Source of the DNA: Acidimicrobiia bacterium
GTDB taxonomy: Bacteria; Actinomycetota; Acidimicrobiia; Spongiisociales; ZC4RG35
Direction: 5' to 3'
DNA length: 64,000 nucleotides
Assembly: GCA_050742015.1 (NCBI GenBank)
Contig: JBOGEV010000039.1
Coordinates: 660 to 64,659 of the forward strand
Position 1 is the stretch's first letter; every line of letters starts with the position of its first letter. A model generated the notes under the pieces. That model was not told the DNA's origin. It saw only the letters and a program-made list of their open reading frames with translations, and did no database searches. The position numbers and the translations under genes are program-made. Of this stretch, positions 18,822 through 26,623 are shown in pieces.

Positions 18822-21775
18822 GGGAGGTAGGCGCCTTTTCCCTCGGCCCAGGCCGGGCATGAGAGGCGGAAGTCGCAGTTCTTGCAACGCTCGCTGACTC
18901 TGGGCTCCCACCTCTCGTCCCTGATCGACTCGGTCACATCTTCCATGGTCTCGGCCACTTCCGACAGCAGGTCGAAGTCGAGCTTCCGGGTGACCACCGC
19001 CTTTCCCTTGGCCCGGGGAAACCACATCTCGGCGGCTACCACCGGCTCACCGGTCTCCTCGGCCACCGCGGACGCGTAGAAGGCGAGCTGTACCGACCGA
19101 TTGGCATCCGCCACCGCGGTTGCGGTCTTCGATGTCTTGTAGTCGATGACCCCGAGACCTGCGTCATTTCTCTCCAGCCGATCGATCACCCCCACCCACT
19201 CGACCCCGCCGATCTCGGTCTTCACCCGCTTCTCCACGTCGACCGGCATACCGCTGCCCGGCCATTCCTCGTAGAGCTTGACGATGCCCTCTCGCGCCTG
19301 GCGGAGCCAGGCTTCGTTGAGCTGGGGTGTCCCGAAGTCTGCTGTGGCCCACACTCTTTCCAGATGGCTGAGCGCCGTCGATAGGTCGGCATGGGTGGAG
19401 CCGGTGCCGATGATCTCGCGCTCCGCCCCCTCCAGGGCGGAGTGAACCAGGGTGCCCAAAGCAGCGTATGGGGAGTTGGCGTCAGTGAGCCGCAGTCTTC
19501 GCTCCAGGGCGTAGCGCCGGGGACATGAGGCGTACGAGTCGGCCTGGCTCGGTGACAGTCTGAGGGTCGGCCCGAGGATGGGCCGATCGGGGCCGGGCTC
19601 GGGCACACCGGCAAAGGCCATCGGATTCCACCACTTGCCGGGGGGATGGGCCAGGAGGTGGGCGGAGGCGAGACGCTCGACGCCGGCAGCTCCCGGGTCG
19701 AGCAACGCCCTTCTCAGCCCCACCTCCGCCTCGCTGAGCGATATCGGAGGCCCGGTGATCTCCTCGGGCGGCCCCAACGGGCCGTCGCGGCCGGGATCGG
19801 CGGCGGCCAGAAGGAATCGGGAGGGGCGGTGCTCACCCTGATCGACTCCGGCCGAGGTCGCGGTCCAAACCACCTTGGACTTCGCTCGGGTCATCGCGGT
19901 GTACGCCAGCCGCATCTCCTCCTGCACCTGGAAGAGATGCTGTGCCTCAGAATCGGTGGTTCGCTCGGGAGAGAGCAGCTCGGGTCGGAGCATCCTCCGG
20001 CCCCGTCTCAGATCGGGGAATACACCCTCGACGGCGTTGGCGATGTACACCACCTCGAATTCGAGCCCTTTGGCCTGATGCAAGGTGGTGAGCGTCACCT
20101 GCTCTTCGGTCGGCCGATAGGGAAGCAGGGGAGTCGACTCGATCCCCTCCTCGTCGGTGAGGGCGAACACCCGATCCAGGCTCACCTCGGGATCACGCTC
20201 GGCTTGGCGCTCCAGGACCTGGGAGAACGAGGTGAAGGCCAGCCGCCATCCCTTCCGCTCCGGATCGAGGACCACCCGGTCCAGCTCGTCGATGTGGGTC
20301 CAGATGTGCCAGAAGCCGTCGATGGCAGGAAGCGACGTGCACCATTCGTCGTTATCGAGGAGTGTGGCGAGACCGGGGTGCTCGGGGAGTTCGCGGGTCA
20401 GCACGGTCGGCCACGCGTCCCAGCTCCGGCGTCGGGAGCGGAGCACCTCGCGCTCCTTGCCCAGACCGATGCCGACCAGCGGGCCCAGCAGCAGACGTCT
20501 CATCGCCCGGTCGGCCTCGGCTGCCTCCACCGGCGTGAGCAGGGGAATCGGGCCACCGAGCTTGGCGGCGGTCACCATGTCCTGGATCATTCGCACAGCC
20601 GGGTGCTCGACCAGACGCGCCTGCGGGGAGTCGTGCGGGACACCCTTCCGGGTCAGGGCCCGGCTCAGCTCGTTCAACATCTCGCGCTTGGAGCGGACCA
20701 AGACCGCCATCGTTGACGGCTTGCGGCGTTCCACCCTGAGCTGGTGCTCGATGTCACGGGCAATCCATTCCGCCTCGGCCGTCTCCTGGTCGAACACGTA
20801 GGTCTCAACCCTCCCGGTGTGGGCCGCCGGGCTGACGGGGCCGGCCGCGCCGGGAAGCTCGCCGGTGGACACGATGCGGAGCGCGGAATCCAGGATCTCA
20901 GCCGGAACCCGAAGACTCCGCTCCAGCACGATGCGCCGGGAATCGGCGTGGTCCTCGGTGAAAGCGGCGATGTTCCTCAGCTCGGCCCCACGGAAGGAGT
21001 AGATCGACTGGTAGGGGTCGCCGGCGACTACGAGGTTGCCGTGGGGGCGGGCCAGCAGCCTGGCGATCTCGGCCTGAACCGGTGACGTGTCTTGGTACTC
21101 GTCGACCACTACGTAGTGGTATTGCCCGGCAAGCTCCTGTCCCTCGGGGGTGCCGAGGAGCGTGGCCGCCGAGACAAGGAGGGTGGCGTAGTCGGTGCGG
21201 CCCGACTCCTCCAATGTGCGGCGATAGCGGCGGAACAAGCCGGGGATGCCCTTCCAATCGGCCCGAGCCGCCGCCTTCTCGTCCAACTCGTCAGGCGAGA
21301 GCATTCGTTCGGAACATCGCATCATGAAGTCGGCAACCTCGGCGGCAAACGCGGGTGTGGCCAGGATCCCCCGATACATGACGGGCCACCCATCGGGCTC
21401 CTCGGTCGCCAGGAGATCTCCCACCAGTCCGATCTGCTCCGGCGTGGTGAGCGGAATCGGTCGCTCCGACTCCGGGCCTGCTTCGAGGAGACGCAGGGCC
21501 AGGGAATGGAAGGTCGAGGCGCCGATAGGCATGCCCGAGCCGCCCAACGCCAGATCAACCCGGCGCCGGATGTCGGCGGCAGCCCGTCGGGAGAATGTGA
21601 GCACCGAGATCTGATCCCGACGAGCCTTGCCGGTCTCGATGAGAAGGCAGAGACGCCTGACCAGGAACTCGGTCTTCCCGGTGCCGGGCCCGGCCACCAC
21701 GATCTGGGCGCCCTCGGTGTCGGCGAGAACGTGGTCCCAGTCGTCCGGATCGAGCCGGATCTCGTTCACTGGCAC
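18818..21775 (-). CDS. adnA: UvrD-like helicase / RecB-like nuclease subunit (AdnA-like)
   Basis: Walker A GPGTGKTE, VVDEYQDTSP. C-terminal nuclease module with CKNCDFRLSC. First gene of the helicase-nuclease pair, as in the mycobacterial adnA-adnB order. Confidence 0.8.
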   Translation of the reverse strand: MPVNEIRLDPDDWDHVLADTEGAQIVVAGPGTGKTEFLVRRLCLLIETGKARRDQISVLTFSRRAAADIRRRVDLALGGSGMPIGASTFHSLALRLLEAGPESERPIPLTTPEQIGLVGDLLATEEPDGWPVMYRGILATPAFAAEVADFMMRCSERMLSPDELDEKAAARADWKGIPGLFRRYRRTLEESGRTDYATLLVSAATLLGTPEGQELAGQYHYVVVDEYQDTSPVQAEIARLLARPHGNLVVAGDPYQSIYSFRGAELRNIAAFTEDHADSRRIVLERSLRVPAEILDSALRIVSTGELPGAAGPVSPAAHTGRVETYVFDQETAEAEWIARDIEHQLRVERRKPSTMAVLVRSKREMLNELSRALTRKGVPHDSPQARLVEHPAVRMIQDMVTAAKLGGPIPLLTPVEAAEADRAMRRLLLGPLVGIGLGKEREVLRSRRRSWDAWPTVLTRELPEHPGLATLLDNDEWCTSLPAIDGFWHIWTHIDELDRVVLDPERKGWRLAFTSFSQVLERQAERDPEVSLDRVFALTDEEGIESTPLLPYRPTEEQVTLTTLHQAKGLEFEVVYIANAVEGVFPDLRRGRRMLRPELLSPERTTDSEAQHLFQVQEEMRLAYTAMTRAKSKVVWTATSAGVDQGEHRPSRFLLAAADPGRDGPLGPPEEITGPPISLSEAEVGLRRALLDPGAAGVERLASAHLLAHPPGKWWNPMAFAGVPEPGPDRPILGPTLRLSPSQADSYASCPRRYALERRLRLTDANSPYAALGTLVHSALEGAEREIIGTGSTHADLSTALSHLERVWATADFGTPQLNEAWLRQAREGIVKLYEEWPGSGMPVDVEKRVKTEIGGVEWVGVIDRLERNDAGLGVIDYKTSKTATAVADANRSVQLAFYASAVAEETGEPVVAAEMWFPRAKGKAVVTRKLDFDLLSEVAETMEDVTESIRDERWEPRVSERCKNCDFRLSCPAWAEGKGAYLP

Positions 21776-21790
21776 GTAACGATCGTAGGG

Positions 21791-21928
21791 TCAGGCGGCC
21801 TCGGGGAGACGCCCGATCACCTCCACCAGCTCGGCTTCGATGCCGTAGGTGGAGAGGTAGACGACAGGGTCGTCGAATGGGTCGAGGGCGGGCTCCGTCT
21901 CTCGTTCTGCTCTGGTGAAGTAGCTCAT
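21791..21928 (-). CDS. possible small acidic protein (45 aa) upstream of adnA
   Basis: MSYFTRAERETEPALDPFDDPVVYLSTYGIEAELVEVIGRLPEAA. Ends 15 nt before the adnA start. No clear RBS and no family recognised. Confidence 0.3.
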   Translation of the reverse strand: MSYFTRAERETEPALDPFDDPVVYLSTYGIEAELVEVIGRLPEAA

Positions 21929-21987
21929 AGGAGACAAGCTATTTGCCGGGTGTGACAGAAACCCCTTGGAGCGTCCCAACGCATAGG

Positions 21988-23295
21988 ATGAGAGAACGTG
22001 CGTCTACTGGAACGGAGGTCTCGGTGACCACGGTGGTTGGCAACGAATTCGACTCGCCGATGTACAAGGAGGCCGCCGGGCAGTTCGACCGGGTGGCAAG
22101 GTTGATGGGGCTCGACGACAACGTCGCGGACCGGCTTCGCGTGCCTCAGAAGTCGACGATGGTCAGCTTTCCCTTTCGCCGCGACACCTACTCCGAGGTC
22201 GAGACCTTGTTCGGCTACCGGATACAGCACCTGACCACGATGGGCCCGACCAAGGGCGGGATTCGCTTCGCCCCCGATGTGGACCTGGGCGAGGTGGCCG
22301 CCCTCGCCATGTTGATGACCTGGAAGTGCTCGATCGTCGGTCTCCCCTTTGGCGGCGCCAAGGGAGGGGTGCGGGTGGACCCGATGGGTCTTTCCCGGGC
22401 CGAGCTGCAACGCGTGACCCGCCGATTCACCATGGAGATCATCAATGTCATCGGCCCGGAGACCGACATCCCCGCCCCTGACCTCGGGACCAACGAGCAG
22501 GTCATGGCGTGGTTGATGGACACCTACTCCCAACATGTCGGGCACTCGGTCCCTGCGGTCGTCACGGGAAAGCCGCCGGCCCTCGGTGGCAGCGTGGCTC
22601 GACGCGAGGCGACCGGGCGGGGACTCATGTTCCTCGTCCCCCAGGCCGCCGGTGTCCGCGAACTGGACCCGAATGAGCTCACCGTCGCCATCCACGGTTT
22701 CGGCAATGTGGGCCGCTACGCCGCGATCGCTGCGCATCAGATGGGGATCAGGGTTGCAGCGGTCTCCGACATCTCGGGCGCCCTGTACGACCCCGAGGGA
22801 TTGGAGGTCGAAGCCGTGGCCAAGTGGGTCGACGAGAACCGGTTCCTCGAGGGGTACCCGGATGCCGACTTCATCGACGGGGACAAGATCTTCAGTCTCC
22901 CCGTCGACGTGCTGGTGCCGGCCGCAGTCCAGAACGTCATCCGAGGTGACAACGCGGGCGAGATCGAGGCCAAGATCATCATCGAGGGAGCCAATGGCCC
23001 CACCACCATCGAAGCGGACGAGATCCTGAGGGAGAAGGGGGTGCTGGTCATCCCCGACGTCCTCGCCAACGCCGGTGGGGTGACGGTCTCCTACTTCGAA
23101 TGGGTTCAGGACGTCCAGAAGTACTTCTGGACGGAGAACGAAGTAGTGGCTCGGCTCCGGGAGATCATGACCCGTGCGTTCAGCGACGTGCACAACATCG
23201 CCATCAACGAAGACGTCGACATGAGAACCGCAGCCCTGATCAAGGGCATCCGCAAGGTGGCCGACGCCAAGTTGGTTCGAGGCATCTTCCCCTAG
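21988..23295 (+). CDS. gdhA: Glu/Leu/Phe/Val-family glutamate dehydrogenase
   Basis: Catalytic region GPTKGGIRF and GLPFGGAKGG, NAD(P) fold HGFGNVG. Start uncertain (ATG 21988 or TTG 21943). Confidence 0.9.
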   Translation: MRERASTGTEVSVTTVVGNEFDSPMYKEAAGQFDRVARLMGLDDNVADRLRVPQKSTMVSFPFRRDTYSEVETLFGYRIQHLTTMGPTKGGIRFAPDVDLGEVAALAMLMTWKCSIVGLPFGGAKGGVRVDPMGLSRAELQRVTRRFTMEIINVIGPETDIPAPDLGTNEQVMAWLMDTYSQHVGHSVPAVVTGKPPALGGSVARREATGRGLMFLVPQAAGVRELDPNELTVAIHGFGNVGRYAAIAAHQMGIRVAAVSDISGALYDPEGLEVEAVAKWVDENRFLEGYPDADFIDGDKIFSLPVDVLVPAAVQNVIRGDNAGEIEAKIIIEGANGPTTIEADEILREKGVLVIPDVLANAGGVTVSYFEWVQDVQKYFWTENEVVARLREIMTRAFSDVHNIAINEDVDMRTAALIKGIRKVADAKLVRGIFP

Positions 23296-23302
23296 TGGGC
23301 GA

Positions 23303-24088
23303 CTAGGCGTCGCTGGCCCACGCGGGGCAGATCTCCTTGAACGAGCACCAGTTGCACAGGGTCCCTGGTCGGGTGGGGAAAGTCCGGGTGGCCAGGGCGC
23401 GATCGATCGCATTCCACAGGGCACGCAACTGGGTGTCCATGGCGTCGAGTTGGCGGTCGTCGATATCGAGCCGGTAGATGGTCGGGCCGTTCAGGTACAT
23501 GAGCCGAAGCTCTTTGGGAGTCTCACCCGTGCCGCGTCGGATGAGCAGGGCGTAGATCTTCAGGGCGAAAAAGGCAGGGAGGGCGTAGCGCTCCGGGGGT
23601 GCCTTGCCCGTCTTGTAGTCGGTGATGATCAGACGACCGTCCTCGTCCCGGTCGATTCGGTCGAGGATCCCCCTGATCGTGATGCCATCCAGATCCTCCA
23701 ACATGTCGAGCTCGCGGTCGACCGGGTCGAAGCCGGTGGGGTCCTCGATACTGAAGTAATTGGCGAGGAGCTCGAGAGACTCCACACCCCACTGCCTCTC
23801 TTCTTCGATGCCCTCGAACAGCGCCTCGAACTCCTCGCTTCCCCGGAGCTCCGTCCACGCCTCACGGAACAAGTTGTAGAGAAGCTCCGGCGATCGGTCC
23901 TGCGATGGGTGATCGAAAAGCCGCTGCAGGGCGAGATGGGCGGTTGTTCCCCGCGCCTGGTAGACCGATGGCGGCTCGCTGAGGCGGTCGATGGCCCGAA
24001 ACTTGAACAGTTGCGGGCAGGTCTTGAAGTCTCCTGCCCGACTGGGGGAGAGGGTCTCCAAAGGCGCAAGTTCCAGTTCTACGGTCAC
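23303..24088 (-). CDS. RecB-family PD-(D/E)XK exonuclease (Cas4-like fold, stand-alone)
   Basis: N-terminal Cys (FKTCPQLF), nuclease core (ITDYKTGK) and C-terminal CNWCSFKEIC cluster. Confidence 0.8.
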   Translation of the reverse strand: MTVELELAPLETLSPSRAGDFKTCPQLFKFRAIDRLSEPPSVYQARGTTAHLALQRLFDHPSQDRSPELLYNLFREAWTELRGSEEFEALFEGIEEERQWGVESLELLANYFSIEDPTGFDPVDRELDMLEDLDGITIRGILDRIDRDEDGRLIITDYKTGKAPPERYALPAFFALKIYALLIRRGTGETPKELRLMYLNGPTIYRLDIDDRQLDAMDTQLRALWNAIDRALATRTFPTRPGTLCNWCSFKEICPAWASDA

Positions 24089-24133
24089 GATGGCGAGTGT
24101 AAGTCGGGGGTGTGACAGGAAACGGGAGATCGA

Positions 24134-24769
24134 TCAGATAGGCCGCCAACGCAGCCAGAGCTCGGCGGCCGCGGCGTGAATCACGAAGGCGAGCCAGAAG
24201 GCGAGCCCGAATGCTTCGTCGAAGTCGAGGACGCCCAGAGCTTCGAACAGCGCGACCCACAGCCTGATCGTCCCAACAGCCAGACCTACGGCGAAGGCCC
24301 TGAGCATCCATCTCCGGTGCCGCACTGTGTCCCCGGCCCTGACCGACCGGTATGCCATCAACAGGGCGAGGATGAAGTAGATCCCAAAGATCACTGAAGC
24401 GCTGGCTTCGGCGAAGCCCCCGAAGGAGAAAAAGAAGCCGAAGATGATGGCGAACACGCCGGTCAGCACCCCGGTCGGGACCAGGATCCGGCCCATCCTT
24501 CGATGGAGGCCGAGGTGATTGTTGCGAAACCGGCGCGAGATCTGGAACGGGGCCATCACCAAATAGACCACGCCCGGGACGATGTGGGCGTAGGCCAGCA
24601 CCGGCTGTTGGGCATAACGGCGATCAAACTCACCCTTGGGTGGGATCACGCCGGCGGCGAGATTGGAGCTGTCGTTGACTACCCGAATGACTACGAAGAC
24701 CAAGACCACCGCGATCAGGAAGAAGACCGTTCCCCAGGCCGCCGGGACCCTCTTCGGGGTCGTTTCCAT
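24134..24769 (-). CDS. DUF2306-like integral membrane protein
   Basis: Six predicted TMs with PFQISRRFR...HRRMGR pattern. Confidence 0.6.
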   Translation of the reverse strand: METTPKRVPAAWGTVFFLIAVVLVFVVIRVVNDSSNLAAGVIPPKGEFDRRYAQQPVLAYAHIVPGVVYLVMAPFQISRRFRNNHLGLHRRMGRILVPTGVLTGVFAIIFGFFFSFGGFAEASASVIFGIYFILALLMAYRSVRAGDTVRHRRWMLRAFAVGLAVGTIRLWVALFEALGVLDFDEAFGLAFWLAFVIHAAAAELWLRWRPI

Positions 24770-24785
24770 GCGGGAGGAGGGTAAA

Positions 24786-24859
24786 CGCGAAAAGATGCCC
24801 TACACCGCGAAAACTTGGCCCCCATTTGGCTTGACGGGTCGTGTGACGTTTCGTACCTT
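24786..24859 (+). promoter_or_regulatory. candidate promoter A: two CGCGAAAA boxes plus TTGACG-17-TACCTT
   Basis: CGCGAAAA at 24786-24793 and 24806-24813. A 17-nt gap to TTGACG (24831-24836). A 17-nt spacer to TACCTT (24854-24859). Same layout as promoter B. Confidence 0.45.
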
Positions 24860-24865
24860 GCGCTT

Positions 24866-25012
24866 ACCGACACGGGTTCGCCCGGGACGGGGAAGGAGAG
24901 ACTTCGGTCCCTCCGGATCGCCACCTGACCGGGGGCCCGCTTTCCCGGTCGCGTGGCACTGAGAGCCCCGAGAGGGCTTCGGCTTCGGCCAGAGCTTTCT
25001 CGGGGTTTCTCG
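24866..25012 (+). ncRNA. candidate orphan structured sRNA A (about 145 nt), family unknown
   Basis: Hairpins CGGG-UUCG-CCCG (24873-84), GGAGAGAC-UUCG-GUCCCUCC (24895-914), GACCGGG/CCCGGUC (24927-50) nested in GCCAC/GUGGC (24920-57). Terminal hairpin CCCCGAGA/UCUCGGGG (24966-25005) followed by UUUCU. No + strand gene downstream. Confidence 0.4.
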
Positions 25013-25071
25013 CGTCCGGGGGCCTTGTTGAGGGAGCCACCTCACAAGTGGCTCGTGGCACACGACACCCG

Positions 25072-26124
25072 TCACCTCAACTCATAGAACCGGAAAAAGC
25101 CGGCTTCGCCCACCGCGCGGAACCCGCTGAAGCCGGCCTCCTCGGCGTATGCCTGCAATATGGCCGGGCGCATCACGGTGCCGGTCCCGACCGACGGCTG
25201 CGAGGAGAGGCCGTCAGGAAGGCAGATCAGGATGCTGAACCCGTACATCAGCTTCTCGAGCTCGTCGCCCTCGCCGGTGAAGACTTCGCCGACTGCCTCG
25301 TCCATGATCACCACGACTCCGTCCGGTTCGACCATCCGGCGCATGGCTGCCAGCACCGGCACTGGCTGGGCCATGTCGTGGATGCACTCGAAGGCGACTG
25401 CCACGTCGTACCTGTCGTTGCCCGAGAGTGACACGATGTCGTCACCGCTGAAGGCCACCCGATCCTGCAGACCGGCCTCGCTCGTGTTCTGCACCGCCAT
25501 GTCGATCGACGGAAGGTCGACGTCGAAGCCGCGAAAGGTTGCTTCTGGATAGGCCCGGGCCAGAGCGAGGGTCGACCACCCGGCACCGCACCCGATGTCG
25601 GCCACGCGGGAACCGGGCCGGATCAGCAGCTCGTGGACCGGACCCAGGCCAGCGAAGATGCCGGCCAGATCGTTGTCGAAGAACGGCCGGTTCATTTCCG
25701 CCTGGCTCTCCCGCATCTCCTGACCGAACGAGTCCCAGGAGACACCGCCACCTGACCGATATGCCTCCAGCAGGAGGCCCATCCTCTCGCCGGCGGTGGT
25801 GAGCATACGGGCGAGTGGTGCGAGATATGACCCGCTCGCCGGGTCGGCCAAGACTTCACGGTGAGTGTCGGGGAGGGAGAACACCGGTTCGTCACCGGAG
25901 AGATCGACCTCGACGATGCCGTAGGTGGCCTGCTGTTCCAACCACTCGCGGGCATACCGCTCGTCGATGCCGGTCTCGACGGCAAGACCCATGCTCGTCC
26001 TGCCCTCTGGGATCATGGCCCGGTACAGGCCGAGTCTGTCTCCGATGTGGATCGAGTACGTCTCGGCGGCATTCAATGCCGATGCGAAGACTCGATCGGC
26101 GAATTCCTCGACTGTGGCTGACAT
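25072..26124 (-). CDS. class I SAM-dependent methyltransferase with N-terminal winged-helix domain
   Basis: SAM motif I VADIGCGAGWSTLALA, acidic loop GFDVD. RBS GGGAGG upstream of the ATG at 26124. Confidence 0.85.
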   Translation of the reverse strand: MSATVEEFADRVFASALNAAETYSIHIGDRLGLYRAMIPEGRTSMGLAVETGIDERYAREWLEQQATYGIVEVDLSGDEPVFSLPDTHREVLADPASGSYLAPLARMLTTAGERMGLLLEAYRSGGGVSWDSFGQEMRESQAEMNRPFFDNDLAGIFAGLGPVHELLIRPGSRVADIGCGAGWSTLALARAYPEATFRGFDVDLPSIDMAVQNTSEAGLQDRVAFSGDDIVSLSGNDRYDVAVAFECIHDMAQPVPVLAAMRRMVEPDGVVVIMDEAVGEVFTGEGDELEKLMYGFSILICLPDGLSSQPSVGTGTVMRPAILQAYAEEAGFSGFRAVGEAGFFRFYELR

Positions 26125-26177
26125 TGTCTCTCCCTCCCAACCGCGGCGCCCTGACCGAACCTAGCCCAGATCTGCCT

Positions 26178-26252
26178 CGCGAAAACGAGGCTGAGCCTCG
26201 CGAAAAACAATCAGCCTGTGGAGTTGCCGCCTCGGGGCGGGATGTCTACGTT
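26178..26252 (+). promoter_or_regulatory. candidate promoter B: two CGCGAAAA boxes plus TTGCCG-17-TACGTT
   Basis: CGCGAAAA at 26178-26185 and 26199-26206. A 17-nt gap to TTGCCG (26224-26229). A 17-nt spacer to TACGTT (26247-26252). Confidence 0.45.
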
Positions 26253-26257
26253 TCCGA

Positions 26258-26623
26258 CCACGCCGCAGGGGAAACCCGGCGGCGGACCCGAACCAAGAGG
26301 TGCGGAGTGGTGAGAGCCACACCGAGGCCGTGGAGCGGGTACCCGGAGCCACTGGGAAACCGAGGGCGCCGGGGACGATCGGAAGATCGGACGGGGATCC
26401 TTCGGGATCGTCGAGCGGTTTTTCGGACGGCGGGTTTCACGACCCGCAACAGCTTCTCGGAGACGAGGAGCAGCGATCTTCGGATCGCACCCAGCCGGCG
26501 GCTTCGGCCATCGGCAGGAACTCCAATCGGAGTTGGGTCCCCGGCCCGACACCGACTGGACGAGAGTCCCGAGAGGGTTGCGGCTTCGGCCAAGGCTCCC
26601 TCGGGACTTTCTCGTTTTTTTTT
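26258..26623 (+). ncRNA. candidate orphan large structured RNA B (about 365 nt), family unknown
   Basis: At least nine local hairpins with GNRA (GAAA, GGAA, GAGA) or UUCG loops. Possible long-range GGACCC/GGGUCC pairing (26284-89 / 26535-40). Strong intrinsic terminator with T9. No credible CDS in any frame and no downstream + strand gene. Confidence 0.5.
26562..26623 (+). terminator. rho-independent terminator of RNA B
   Basis: GAGA-GUCCCGAG...(inner GGC-UUCG-GCC)...CUCGGGAC-UUUCUC hairpin followed by nine T (26615-26623). Confidence 0.75.

Noticed and set aside
21925-23424. 499-aa ORF antisense to gdhA
   Set aside because: Antisense artefact of a highly conserved enzyme gene.
15765-24088. 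Helicase-nuclease pair plus stand-alone PD-(D/E)XK nuclease as an anti-phage defence island
   Set aside because: The architecture (two UvrD-motor plus RecB-nuclease subunits in ATGA overlap) matches housekeeping AdnAB. The neighbours are core metabolism genes (gdhA, plsY), and there are no mobile-element or defence hallmarks.
24866-25012. RNA A as a TPP, glycine or c-di-GMP riboswitch
   Set aside because: ACCUGACCGGG resembles the TPP P4/P5 junction, and CUGAGAG and GGAGAG strings occur. However, the element order is wrong (CUGAGA lies 3' of ACCUGA) and the pyrimidine-sensor loop is absent. No gene follows on the + strand.
26258-26623. RNA B as a cobalamin or lysine riboswitch, RNase P RNA, tmRNA, SRP RNA or 6S RNA
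   Set aside because: - Cobalamin: partial look-alikes exist (GCCACUG at 26348-54, a GUGG-UGAGAG-CCAC hairpin, AAGAGGUGCGG), but the B12 box (AGYCMGGAGACCKGCC) is missing.
- RNase P: GAGGAAAGUCCGG and ACAGAA cores are absent on either strand.
- tmRNA: there is no tRNA-like 3' end.
- SRP: the GGAAGCAGCC motif is absent.
- Riboswitch in general: there is no downstream + strand gene to regulate.

This needs cmscan to be definitive.
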